Shown: positions 45,560 to 63,639, counted from the stretch's first letter. The stretch is DNA of 64,000 nucleotides from the human T2T-CHM13v2.0 reference genome, Homo sapiens (GCF_009914755.1 NC_060931.1); one strand, 5' to 3'. Notes: generated by a model not told the origin, from the letters alone. A program made the numbers and translations.

Positions 45560-45965
45560 GCCAATTTAAATAATAATGTGACATTCCTAAGAAAGCCAGT
45601 TACTTTAGGCTACATCATCTAAGATATACTTTCTGAACAAGCAGGCTCACAGCTTATTTTACTCTTTACTAAAGCCTCAACTGAAATGTTGGAATATTGT
45701 GTTCACTTTGGGATTATCACATTGTAAAGACATTGATAAGTGAGAGTATATTCATAGAGTTTTTAAAAGGAAATTGAAATATTTAAATAAAGAAAAGAAG
45801 GCTTCAAAGTGACAATACTTGAGTATTTAAAGAACTGTCATGCAATACACTATTTATACTGCTCTTATGTAGCCCCAAAGAGTAGGACTAAACTTAATGG
45901 GTACCTGTTATAATACAGATTTAGACTTTCTGTGATAAAGTGAGTTAGTAATTAGAACTGTCTTA
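45560..45965 (+). mobile_element. L3/CR1 LINE 3' remnant
   Basis: 'ggaatattgtgttcactttggg...agacattgataagtg', 'gaaaagaaggctt', 'gtagccccaaagagtaggacta...cagatttagact'. Confidence 0.6.
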
Positions 45966-45974
45966 TAGCAAGAT

Positions 45975-46385
45975 GTGAAGGATTATATTTTCCAAAATGA
46001 CCACAGTAATATTTCTGGTCTCACATACTCTCCAAACCTTGTCACTCTCCATTAGGAGGTGTCCTCTATTTCCCTAATCCTTGAATTTGGGCAGGCTTGT
46101 ATCTGCTTCAAGCTAGGGTGAAAGTTATGCTGTGTAATTTTTAAGTCCAGGTTATAAAAAATATATAGCTTCTATGTGGTCTCAGGACACTGGCCCTCAA
46201 AACCCAGCCTCCCTGTTGTAAAGAAACTCAGGTAACATGAATGGTGTAGCCCACAGCCTAGCTAACATCTAAGACTGCAATTAGCATAAACCACCAGACA
46301 TGTGAGTTGTGATCCTTGAAATGATTTCAGCCTTTAAGTCTTCCAACTGAAGTTCTAGACATCCTAGAACAAAGACAAGCAATGC
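45975..46385 (+). mobile_element. MaLR LTR (MLT1F/G-like), 3'-truncated
   Basis: 'tgtgaaggattatattttccaaaatgaccaca...ccttgaatttgggcaggcttgt...ccaccagacatgtgagt'. Confidence 0.75.
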
Positions 46386-46889
46386 TTAAAGAATACAGAG
46401 AAATGAATTTCAACATTAAGCCGAACTCTCATAGTAAGCCTTCAGAAGTATCACATTGCTCAGATTTGTAACTAATTTCTAGCCCTTCTGGTACCCGTTT
46501 TATACGAAAATTTATTCTGACTCACTCCATTGCTGCTGCCAGTAGAAATAATAGAAATGCTAAAAAGTCAATAAAGAACTGGAAACCACTCACTAAGGAT
46601 CATTGCCTCTATGAGCTCAGCATGAGCTTCTCACAGATATGAGCTTTTCTGCCAGTGGCTACTCAAGAGCCAAGCAAAACTTTAGGGTGCCCATTAAAAG
46701 AAGTCCCCCTTTGGCTGCCTGACAAGAAGATTTCTAAGGAATTTGGATGAAATGGAATCTTTCACGCATTTTTTTACTTGAGCCTAGACTTTTAAGCTTA
46801 CCCAAATTTAATAAAATTCTATGTAGAGATTGTGTTGATACATCTCTTTTTTTTTAAGTCAACATGTCGAATTCCTATGAAAAACATAT

Positions 46890-50790
<3,901 letters not shown>

Positions 50791-51002
50791 TATTCCACTT
50801 GGGAGGCTTGATATTTATGTTTTCTGTATAATTGATACTGAATTTAGTGGTAAGTTTTACTTTATTGTTGATAAATCAAAATAGTACTGAATTTTTCGCA
50901 AACATTTAACTAAAAGCAAACATATTCTTCTAAGAGAATATTAAAAATACATCTTCCTGGGCAATAGATTCAAGGCTTAAATGTCTGCCTTTGCAATTCT
51001 TT

Positions 51003-51272
51003 TTTTTTTTTTTTTTTGTCTTGCAGTGGCATGATCGTGGCTCACTGCAAACCTCTGCCTCAAGTGATCCTCCCACCTCAACCTCCCAAGCAGCAGAGAC
51101 TACAAATACATACCACCATGCCTGGCTAATTTTTTGTTACTATTATTTTCTTAATAGAGACAGAGTTTTGCTATATTGCCCAGGCTGGTCTTGAACTCCT
51201 GAGCTCAAGTGATCCAGCTGCCTTGGCCTCCCACAGTGCTGAAATTACAGGCATGAGCCACTGCGCCTGGCC
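51003..51272 (-). mobile_element. AluJ with small internal deletions
   Basis: TSD tgcaattcttt (50992-51002 / 51273-51283); J-type 'ctcctgagctcaagtgatcc'. Confidence 0.92.
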
Positions 51273-51401
51273 TGCAATTCTTTCGTTGATAATATTCATT
51301 TTAAGACCACCACATCTGAATCATGTGACTTACTTTTAAGAGGAAAAAAAGTATGAATTTTCAAACATCGAGGGTAAACACTCAGTTTAACCGTAAGCAT
51401 T

Positions 51402-51750
51402 TATTAAAATCATTTATTAGGCTGAGGCTGCTCCAGCACTCCAGGTTTCTACCTAAAGCAAACCAAAACCCATCTCAGTGTAAACACTAAAATGAAAACT
51501 AAGCTAAACCAATCAGGAACTGCCAAGTAACCTCTAACTAGAAACTTCCTACTGGAATGATCTAAATAAAACTACTGCCCCACTTTAACCAATCAAATAT
51601 TTATCTTGCTCCTCTGTTGACCCTATGAAAGCCATCCTCTCATTCCTTCAGCAGAGCCCCCAACTGCTTGCAGTGTGGAGCTGCGTAATTCATGAATCAG
51701 TACTCAAATAAACTGTCAAATTGTAATGTGCCTAAGTTTATCTTTTAACA
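51402..51750 (+). mobile_element. ERV1 solo LTR (MER57/MER93-like)
   Basis: 'attaggctgaggctgctccagcac', two 'aaccaatca' boxes and AATAAA; ends 'tatcttttaaca'. TSD catt / tatt. Confidence 0.8.
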
Positions 51751-51860
51751 TATTATATGACTTAAGGTTTTTGAAGATTTTGTTTGAAACCTCCCAGCAG
51801 AACTTCTGATAACTTTTTAAAAATTCTCTTCTGCTAGCTTTGAAAGAAGCAGTATTATAA

Positions 51861-52462
<602 letters not shown>

Positions 52463-54118
52463 TAGCTTGATTAAAAATCATTGAAAACCAGTGATCTCCG
52501 ACGTTAATAATAATCCTTTTTACTCCTAAGTAATGTTTTCCTCTCATTATATCCTTACACTGTCTTGTTAATTATCAGCTTGCTATGGTTTACAAGTTTT
52601 TCCCTAGGGAAAATAAAATAATGAGGAGGAGGAATTTAGCTTGAAAATATAGTACTTTGTATTTTTTTCTAAACAATGTTGATCTAATTTTATAATATCC
52701 ACTTTGCTCATTGTGTCAAAACCTAATTCTCTGGTCACCTGAAATATCAGAAGGAAGTGTACTAATACTGCTCAGTCCATGCCAGTATATTCTTCATAGA
52801 TCTATATACTCCGTTTATTTGATTGTTTTAATTAAATTAAACTTATTAAGCATGGATGTGTGAGAAGAAACATAATTGTCATTCTTAGAAAACTGTCTGC
52901 ATCAGTGTATTTCATTTGATGTTAATTTTTTTTCTGTCTTGAATGTAGTGAGGACTTTCCTTGTTTTCTCATTCAATGAGTGAAAAGAATCTCCTCTACA
53001 TCTGAGGTTATATAGCACAACAGACACCACTGGTACTATTTAATCAACTCCCTCATTCCACCTGAGTTGATCAAGGCAGAATTTTTATTTAAACCATTTG
53101 TTTTGCCTGTTGTACCATTTCCCTGCATTTGGAAATAAGTATCTCCTAATACATGTCTAAATCCAGGAATTCAATGTGTTTTTATTCTTTTATTTCTTCT
53201 CCTATCCAAATCTGTTTCTTAAAAAATATCTATAACCTTAAGTCCTGTATATTAATCTCTTCTGCAAGTATCTACAATTTAATATTTATAAAGATTTCAA
53301 AGTTTTATAAATTTTCAAATTGCAGACAATAAAATGAGAGAAGCTAAAAAGGATGGTAGGTGTGACTAAATATTTTTACTAGAACTCCTTCATCTCATTC
53401 AAGAGCCAATTTTAAAATAACAATCATAGTCATTAGCCATGATTCACCATTATGTAAAGTTGATTATGTTACAGGAATAAACTGTGTGTCCCCACTTTAA
53501 AAAAAAAAAAAAAAAAAGACAGTGACTGTTTGAAATACAGAAGTGTGAACACTGAATGTGGCCCAAGAACAAATTTCAACCAACATGAAAAGCCCTGGTG
53601 AGTGTGTTAATTGGATGTCTTAGACTCGGAGGTAACAAAATGCAGAGACTACCTGCAGGGATAGAATTGCTGATTGCATGCCCTATTCTGCAATAAGATA
53701 CAGATAGTCTCATTGGCTTGGAATTTTTGTGGGTTCTGATATTTGCAAACCTTTTAAGATTAGGATGAATTGCAGACTTGTGCAATGATCTGAGCTCAAG
53801 TTACCCACCTTACATTTGTTTACACAGCAAGTGTATGACCCAAAAGGGAGGGTTTGATTGGGTCCAGGCTGTCCCTATTTAATCTAGGGGTGTTTCTCTT
53901 AGGAAAGTTCCTACTAAGCCAGTTCAGTGGTGATGTGCTTCTCTTGCAGCAGTGCCTTATTCTTTGGGTTTGCTTTGTGATGATCCTTAATTTGTTGCTA
54001 GATAGTTGAACTAACTTATTCTCTATGTGTTTCAAAATCATTGTATAACATACTAAAATAAAACACTTGGAGTATATATGTGTTACGATTCTTCAGATGC
54101 AAATAATTTAAAAATTCA

Positions 54119-54473
<355 letters not shown>

Positions 54474-54521
54474 CTAGGCATAATTGGTAGAATAAAGACC
54501 CTCTTTAAATATGCTCTTGTT

Positions 54522-54886
54522 TGTCTTAATCCCTCAAGCTGATATTACAAAATATCATAGATTGGGTGGCTTATGCACACCAGGAATTTATTTCTTATGG
54601 TTCTAGATGCTGAGAAGTCCAAGATCGAAATGCTGTATGCTTTGGTGTCTGGTGAAAGCCTGTTTCCTGGTTAATAGACAGCTCTCTTTTCACGGTGTCC
54701 TCATGTGGTGAGACAGACATGGGAAAATTTGGGGGCCACTTTTATAAGGGCAGGCACTAGTCGTATTCATGAGGGTTTCACTCTCATGATCTAATCACCT
54801 CTCAAAGGCCCCACATCCTAATACATTGTCTTGAGGATTAGGGTTTCAATGTATGGATTTTGGAGAGGACATAAGCATTCAGAGCC
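54522..54886 (-). mobile_element. MaLR LTR (MLT1A-like)
   Basis: 'tgtcttaatcc...catagattgggtggcttat...ggaatttatttct...ggacataagcattcagagcc'. Confidence 0.88.
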
Positions 54887-55346
54887 TGTTCTAACCTTTA
54901 GAAACTATGAATATATTACCTTACATAGCAAAGAAACTTTGCAGATGTGATTAAGGCTAAGGATGTTGAAATGGAAAAACTATCCTGGATGATTCAAATG
55001 GGCCCTACCTAATTGCATGGGTCTTTAAGAGCAGAGAGCCTTTCCCAGCTATAATCAAAGGGAGATGTGGCCAAAGAAAAATGGTCAAAGAGATGCAATA
55101 TTTATGGCTTTGAAGATGGATGAAAGGACTCACAAGCCAAGGAATGTGATCAGCCTTTAGAAGCTGGAAAAGGCAAGAAAACTGAACCTCCAGATAGAAA
55201 TGCAGCCCTACAGACATCTTGATCTTGGCCCATTGAGATGGGTGTCAGGCATCTGACCTACAGAACTACTGTAAGATAATAAAATTCATATTTGTAAGAC
55301 ATTAAATTATGGTAATTTGTTACAACAGCCATAGAATACTAATATA
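54887..55346 (+). mobile_element. MaLR LTR (MLT1D-like), 5'-truncated
   Basis: 'tgaatatattaccttacatagcaaagaaactttgcagatgtgattaagg' to 'agccatagaatactaatata'. Confidence 0.88.
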
Positions 55347-57054
55347 CTGAGTTTCACATAGCTTGGACAAGCTTAGACACACTGCTGAACAAGTCACATT
55401 AGCAAAGGAGATAGCATAAGCTGAATCATTTAGGCATGAATTATGTAACCAAATTATTTTGGATGGTAACATGGGACAAGAATCAATAAGCCTACTTTGG
55501 AGCTGAGGGAAGCAACACACATATTCTACGACTACCCCACAATGACTGCCCCACCATCCCCACAATAGAACATGAGTGGGCAGCCTGCAATATGTACCAT
55601 AGTGCACTTACTTCAGAAGGGATGTGAAACTGGCAGGTACTTTAAGACTCCAGAGTTCGTTCAGTTCAAAGCTTACTCAGAAAAGTAGTTTCTTCTTTCC
55701 TTCCTAAGAAGGGTATGGATTAATTTTTCTTCTATGTCTTACAACTTCTCTTGATCAATGTATTTTTAATGTCTGGAGAGGCTGTAATTTGTCACAGGAC
55801 ATGTCTGAAATGAGGCCAATGATGCTTAGTGCTTGGAGACTGCTTGCTCAGTGCCTAACAGAGGAAGGAATGATTCAGCGGAAGAAAAATGAGACTAAGA
55901 CATAAGTATGACCAAATGTTTATGGGAGTACAATGTTTTTATTACCTAGAAAGGACAATATAGGGTCATAAAGTCGTGAAGAATATTGCAGCAAACTGTT
56001 TGAATTTATTTTATAATGCTTGTGTCACTGGGGTCTTTCAAGAGTTCTTTAAATGTTGGTACATAGCAAAGACTTATTTTCCAACTTTTATGTTTATTTT
56101 CACTTCTGGCATACAGTAAATGCTCTGTAAATATTTGCTGTGAGTATTGTATTGCTATTTTAACTATCTAATGGGTATCAGCAGTATGTGAGGTGACTGA
56201 GTTTCTTCCAGCGATGGAAGGAGGACAATTTTTTTTCTGAAGGTAAAATTCCTATCAATCCCAAATAGAAAGCAACAAATCATTTCTTTGCCATGTAGGA
56301 AGTAAACTTGGCTAGAAATAACATTCAATTTAATCAGTGAAGTTAACACAGAAGTATAGAAGAGTAAATTCTTGAAGCTTCTCTACTACTGTTCAAAGTA
56401 GAGAGACTTAGAATCTGGGAGACATAAGCATTTCAGTCATGAAAGAAAGATATTTGCCACAGGATCCTCATGGCCTAAATAGCCTAGCCCTCTAGACCTG
56501 CAATCTCCCTTGATTCGCCAAGCAACTATGTGATTACTAATGCAACTCCTAAGGCTCTTTGATATTGTGACTCAGCACCGTGGATAGAGGATGTGAGCAT
56601 GTACTTACCCCAAATATACACATTAATTGACATTCTTATCACATCTCAGTCAGTCAGTTTGTCAATCCCAGTCACAGGCCAAGGCCAAGACACAGATTTT
56701 GGACCTTGTCAAGTTCAACTCTGTGGTGAATCTTTCCTTGATGGTACCTCTGTTCAGCATTGGGCCTGTGACCTTTATATTCAAAAAATGTCTACAATTT
56801 GTTAAATAAATATTAGTAATATGGACTCACCATTTCTATGGGAAAGTGTGCATAAAGTTACAAATAACTAATTTTTAAAAATTAAAACTTTCTTGGAATA
56901 ATATTTTAAAACTAAGGAGTTATCTGTAATTATCATGTAATTTTAGGGTTGAATCTTTCTTTTCATATTTTAATCTTTATAAAATATGATAAACTATGGA
57001 TTGTGGCTATGCTTTCATATTTTTAAAAATATTTTATTCCATAGGACCTTACCA

Positions 57055-57285
57055 TTGTTTTCGATCTGCTTGGGCTGGTACCACTTAATAGCTTGTCGGA
57101 ATCATTTGGAAATGTGGGAGATTGGGGTGAAAAGGAGGGGCAAATGTTGTCATAACAATGAGATGTTACAGGGGTCAGGTATACTAAACATGGTGCAACA
57201 TTGAGAAGGTCACATGCAACAGAGAGCAACAAAGAACTTTCTTGTCACAAATGCCAATTATATTTCTAATAAGAAACATTGTTCC
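57055..57285. mobile_element. hAT-Charlie MITE remnant (MER20/MER3-like)
   Basis: The end 'aagaactttcttgtcacaaatgccaat...aagaaacattg' resembles these elements; highly diverged. Confidence 0.4.
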
Positions 57286-59114
57286 TACTTCCTTATAATG
57301 TAAGAATTGATTGTGATTTTCTGAGATTATGATTTAAAACAAAAAGACCCTGGAGATAAGTGCATTTCCTGCTGCTATATCAGGAAATAATATTACCTGT
57401 TTAACTTTCTACTTTCATATTATTGTTTACAGCAGCACGTATGTGTGTGCATATGTATATGTGTGTAGCTGGCTTTGCATGAGTTTCTTTACTCTTTGAA
57501 AGTCTCTAACGATAAAAAATGTTTTCTCCCCTATTTCAGTGGCTGAAGCCTGATGAAATAGTCCTTGGAAATTAAGTAAGGAGCTTGTAAACATTCTAGC
57601 TAATTTGATCAATCAAAGCAGTGAAGTAAGATAGCTCACCTTGGTAACAGGGAATTGCAGCACGAGAAACAAAGTCATGTCCCTAACCCCACTTGGTACG
57701 AATCAGTCATTCTGTGTTTTTAATTAATTACACAAAACTTCTTTCCACTAGACGTAATCATCCAAAGGTGACAGTATAGGGGGAACCTCTACACATTCAT
57801 GCATTTTCTCAAACAGATTACAAAACCCAGCATTATATGCCCACTCTACTGATGTAGAAATAGGTTGGGCTACAAATCATGGATGATCAAATAACAGAGC
57901 TAGGCTGACCATTTACACAAAGGCATTCATTCCAGGGGCAGATGCAGCTGGGTCTCTCAGGGCTGCCCTAGACAAAGACTCTTCAGCTAAAATCCTTTAT
58001 GAGTGAGGTTTAAACAATCACACAATCAATTGGCATTACAGCATCCAATCTTTTTGAACTTGGTGACCAAAGATCAGTCCCAACCAGTGAACTTTCTAAT
58101 TGTTGCAAAATGCCATGTAAATGCCCAGTTTGTCCTGCCCAAAGGTTTTCAGAAGATAAAAGTTAATTCAGAAACAAAGTTTTATGAAAGTCAATGAAGC
58201 CTTTTAAGAAACATTATTGAGATTTTTTAATCTCTTGCCAAAACAAAAAGAAGAAAAAGTTAAATTTCTATCCAACAATCTCAAAATCAGCAAGACAAAG
58301 AAAAATAACTCAACCCCCAAAGCCAACAAAAGGCCCATTTACGATCTGACACCCTGCGTGGACTTTGAAGCCACACTTTTCTAACAATCGTTGTATTATG
58401 GCCACAGAATAATGCCAACCTGTTAATGTGGGGTTTGTTTGGTCAATTTGGAATTCAAATCAGAATAAATCAGGATAGAATGCTGCACCCACAACAACTC
58501 ACTGAGGCTAAGTCAACTTTAGAGAAACAAAAACAAAAACAGAATACTCTTCTTTCCAGGAGTTGTGAAAACAAGATTAAAACCTAATAGATCTAAACTC
58601 TGCCCACATTAGCCTAACTATATGGTACCAGAGCACATTTTCAAAGTGAAGGAAAGCATGGCCCATGTAACATCAGTGACTTCAATGTGATTCATCATAT
58701 TCATCCTGTCCACATGCTAATAATTCACAAAAGAACACACTTGTCTTCACAAACTGTTCTAAAATCTTTAGACTTAAAATGTAAAATGTCAACATGATCA
58801 AAACAAATTGTGGACAGTCTTAAAACAAAAACACGATAAGGTTTTAGAATGACTAAAGCACATAATTATACATTCCAACATAGTTTCTCCATTGCCAAAA
58901 TCCTTTAGATTCAGATCATTCTCCCATTGCCTTGAAAGCACTGGTAATCAGAGCCCACTCTTCTTGATAAACAGAATTAGGAACAACAAGTTATTCCACA
59001 ATATAAGAAGAGGGTATAAGAAAAACATGATTATGTCATTATTTTAAAGCTCCTTTGCAAGTTTCCCAAACAACCATCGCCATCTCTTCACCCATTCTGG
59101 ATACCTCAGATGTT

Positions 59115-59205
59115 TTCTCCTCTCTCTCTCCCTCTTTCTCTTTGTCTCTTGCATGCACATGTGTGTGTGTGTGTCTGTGTGTGTACGCACAGATATATAT
59201 GTATG
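59115..59205. repeat. (CT)n followed by interrupted (TG)n microsatellite
   Basis: Read directly. Confidence 0.85.
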
Positions 59206-60098
59206 TCTTTTTCCCTGGAGAAACTATTCACTTAAACTTTCAAATTGTGTCTGAGATTTTCAAAATTTATCAAGTTCAGAATACTTTGGTTAGGGAAAAA
59301 AAATCCTTTTTGACCTAAATTTCTAGGCACATTATCAGTGCAAATGCAAATAAGAGGAATACAATTCCAAGAGTCCTTTTTCCCTAAAACTCAGAAAAAT
59401 AAGTTGTGGTTAAATAGGAAATATTTCAATGTCTATGGTTATACTTAAATTTGGCATATATAAAGGAGTAAAATAAACTAATTATACACCTATCTGTACA
59501 GGAAACTATTTGACTCCAAAGGTTCTTACAGATTTTACAGACTGTATTATATATGAATTATTTATATCTCTTGAAAATTCAAGGAAACTATCGAATTCAA
59601 TTTGTAGAATTGACAACAACTGGGCTAATAGGAAAAGAAAATGTCATTGAACAGCCATGTCATTGATTAAAATATTACTAGTCCAAGAGAATGATCACTT
59701 TGAGATGGATTAAATTGCACTTTGAAAAAATCAATCAAAATCCTGAGTATTTGAGCCATAAAGACTTCTAATCCTCTAACAATCTATAGAATGCAATAAA
59801 AAATTGATTTAGGACCAGAGATTTAGGAATCAAAGATCTCATAACTCTGATAGTAAATAAAAATTATCTTCTACTTACAACAATACAATCTCTTCAATTA
59901 ATGAATCCTTATCATAATTCAGACTTCGATTATTTGAAGTAAAAGTGTGGCAAACACAGTTTAGTGAAATATAGTGAAAAATCAAGGACTGAGTATAGTG
60001 AGCCTGTGACATTCAAACATGTAGAAAGTTTGTTTCCTAATAACAATGATGAGTGGTCTCTGATGAACCACAGAAGCTCATTAATACAGTGTTTATTC

Positions 60099-60288
<190 letters not shown>

Positions 60289-60299
60289 TTAAAAAAATA

Positions 60300-60632
<333 letters not shown>

Positions 60633-60699
60633 AGTGTTTATTCGAATTACACATAACAGAAACCTACTGTAGTTGAGCAGCGGTTTGCTCCATATCAAC

Positions 60700-61135
60700 T
60701 CTGGTCTCATGCTACTACTCTATGCAACACTTTGCTTTTTATATGTCAGGATGTCTTGGCCTCTCTTGGTTCCTGAACTTACTTTGTTCCGTCTCCACAC
60801 AGAGCCTTACTACAAATGCCTCCCTCCACCTGGGCTTCTCCTACTCACCATCTCCAGCCCTTTCCCAGCACTTCCTCAAAGGAACTTTGTATGATACTAC
60901 CAACATACATACATACCCACTACATTTTCTTGAAGCACTTTTCTTTCTGATCACTAATCACATTTCTGCTAAATATTTCACTGAGTTTTTACTATCTAAG
61001 GATGTTGCCATAATGTAAATTCCAAGAGGGACTGATTTGTACCTAATACACACACGGTTTTGACTTGAGGACTTACACTATGTCTAACATATAGCTGTTA
61101 AATGCATTCATTCAGTGATTAAGAAAATGAAATAA
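60700..61135 (+). mobile_element. L2 3' remnant
   Basis: Pyrimidine-rich body ending 'actatgtctaacatatagctgttaaatgcatt...aatgaaataaatg'. Confidence 0.5.
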
Positions 61136-62444
61136 ATGGGCAAAGTCCTGAAGGATACTGAGACTTAATAACTCTGGGATAGAGAAGTTTAAAGATTCAA
61201 TTGAAGCAGCCGGTTCAACTAGAACATATACCATTTATACGGTCATGGATATGTACATCATTTGGTTAATGCTGAACTGCTAATTTTATGATCTGAAGGC
61301 TGTTCACACTGCTAATTTTATAGTCTAAACATACCTACTATGTGTTACCTAAGTCAAGATAGTATTTTACAGATTGCTGTGAATGTACTGGTTACGTAGG
61401 AAAGAGTTATTTATAAGCTTCAGAAGGAGATATTCTATTCTCATAATTTTTATGCTAAATCAATATTCAACTAAAATCAAATTTTGTGACGTTGTGTTAA
61501 CTTCTCAAAGAATCAATTCTATATATATAAAGGAAAAAGCTGGGTAATACTACGAGACCTTAAAATCACTTCGTGCTTTAAAGTAATATAATTCCAGTGT
61601 ATTATATAGGCCTTAGGTTGAATGATTTTGAATTTCAAAGCTGACAACATAAGTAGCAAAGCAAAACTGGGTTTCAGTAAATACCCTTCAGTTACATCCA
61701 CAGGACAAAGAAAATATATATTTTTCTACTCCCTAGAGAGAGGGAGGCAGCACTCATAAAACATGACTGTGAAATTGTAGAAACTTTGAATGTGTTTTTC
61801 TCTCCTTTTTTCTTATGAGAAAGGTTATCTGTAATTAGATATAATAGAACTTTGCTGTCTAGATGGAGAATATAAAAAGTCAAGCCAACAGAAAATAATT
61901 GAAGAGTATACTAAAATGCAAGATGTATGGAAATTATCAAAAAGAGACCATATTCTGTCATCTTAAAGAATCCTTGAAGACTGAAAAAAGTCCATCTATT
62001 TCAAAATAATGGAGAAGGGTTAGAGAAAATGCCTTGAATAGAAATGTTTCTTGGAGGAATTCAGCTTCCTGCCAAACATTTTTCAGTTCAAGTCAGTACC
62101 AGATATAAATGTAGTGGGGAGGAAGTTGTTGTACCCTCTGCTAATGAACACATAATATGAGAGGGCAGGGAGTGGGAAGGGAAGAAAGGGCCTCTCATGT
62201 AAACACAGGACGTTGAGAATGTCAAAGTCATCAGGCTAAATAGCTGTTTATACACTGATGTTAGCCTCAGGAATATGGACTAGTCTGCAAGAGTATCAGA
62301 TTGTGTGTTGAATATCTGATGGTAAAGGCATTTTCAGTAGGGTCAATTTATCTCCTAATCCAGTGATTCTTTAAAAAGTGGAACATTGTGGTTCACATAA
62401 ACAGACTTTGTAGTGCTAAGTAACTCTGAAGGTGGGAAGAAATA

Positions 62445-62446
<2 letters not shown>

Positions 62447-62478
<32 letters not shown>
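62447..62478. repeat. (GT)16 microsatellite
   Basis: Perfect 32-nt alternating tract. Confidence 0.97.
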
Positions 62479-62481
<3 letters not shown>

Positions 62482-62514
62482 TAAGTTCATAGCGCCCTTA
62501 GAGATTGTGATACA

Positions 62515-62915
62515 TGTCAGGCCTCTGAGCCCAAGCTAAGTTATCATATCCCTTGTGACCTGCACATACACATCCAGATGGCCGGTTCCTGCCTTAACTG
62601 ATGACATTCCACCACAAAAGAAGTGAAAATGGCCTGTTCCTGCCTTAACTGATGACATTGTCTTGTGAAATTCCTTCTCCTGGCTCAAAAGCTCCCCTAC
62701 TGAGCACCTTGTGACCCCCACTCCTGCCTGCCAGAGAACCCCCCTTTGACTGTAATTTTCCTTTACCTACCCAAATCTTATAAAATGGCCCCACCCCTAT
62801 CTCTCTTCACTGACTCTCTTTTCGGACTCAGCCCACCTGCACCCAGGTGAAATAAACAGCCATGTTGCTCACACAAAGCCTGTTTGGTGGTCTCTTCACA
62901 CAGACACGCATGAAA
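62515..62915 (+). mobile_element. LTR7, 5' LTR of a HERV-H provirus
   Basis: 'tgtcaggcctctgagcccaagctaag' to 'cacgcatgaaa'. Duplicated U3 block 'atggcc(g/t)gttcctgccttaactgatgacatt'; TATAAA at 62779; AATAAA at 62851. Confidence 0.97.
62779..62784 (+). promoter_or_regulatory. LTR7 TATA box
   Basis: 'aaatctTATAAAatggccccacccc' at the expected U3 position. Confidence 0.8.
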
Positions 62916-62917
62916 TT

Positions 62918-62935
62918 TGGTGCCGTGACTCAGAT
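62918..62935 (+). promoter_or_regulatory. Primer-binding site complementary to tRNA-His
   Basis: tggtgccgtgactcagat directly after the LTR, one CpG-type change from tggtgccgtgactcggat. Confidence 0.93.
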
Positions 62936-63387
62936 CGGGGGACCTCCCTTGGGAGATCAACCCCTGTCCTCCTGTTCTTTGCTCCGTGAAAAAGATCCAC
63001 CTACAACCTCAGGTCCTCAGACCCACCAGCCCAAGGAACATCTCACCAATTTTAAATCCGGTAAGCAGCCTCTTTTTACTCTCTTCTCCAACCTCCCTCA
63101 CTATCCCTCAACCTCTTTCTCCTTTCAATCTTGGCGCCACACTTCAATCTCTCTCTTCTGTTAATTTCAATTCCTTTCATTTTCTGGTAGAGACAAAGGA
63201 GACAAGTTTTATCCGTGGACCCAAAACTCCGGCACCAGTCATGAACTAGGGAAGGCAACCTTCCCTTGGTGTTTAATCATTGCAGGGATGCCTCTCTGAT
63301 TATTCAGCCAGGTTTCAGAGGCATCAGACCACGCAGAGACGCTTGCCTTAGCGGCAAGTCCCGCTTTTCTAGGGAAGGGGCAAGTAC

Positions 63388-63553
63388 CCCAACCCCTTAT
63401 ATATCTCTCTGCCCCGATCCCTTATTTCCATGCCCCAACCTCTTACATCTCTATGCCCCAATCCCTTATTTCCGTGCCCCAACTTCTTATATCTCTGCAC
63501 CCCAATCCCTTATTTCCACACCCCAACCTCATATCTCTGTGCCCCGACCCCTT
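63388..63553 (+). repeat. HERV-H leader tandem repeat (alternating ~21/23-bp units)
   Basis: Repeats of 'ccccaacctcttatatctct' and 'ccccaatcccttatttcc'. Confidence 0.85.
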
Positions 63554-63639
63554 TCCTGCTTTTCTGGAGGGTAAGGACCCCTGAACCCCTTGCCTCCATG
63601 TCTCTACTCTCTCTTTTCTCTGGGCTTGCCTCCTTCACT

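Noticed and set aside
53499-54041. A19 tract and two adjacent minus-strand ORFs as a processed pseudogene
   Set aside because: Polarity does not fit (a minus-strand retrocopy would show poly(T) on plus), no TSD, and no recognisable protein.
62918-62935. tRNA-His-like sequence
   Set aside because: It is the 18-nt retroviral primer-binding site, not a tRNA gene.
63388-63553. C-rich tandem array as a novel repeat
   Set aside because: A normal feature of the HERV-H leader region.
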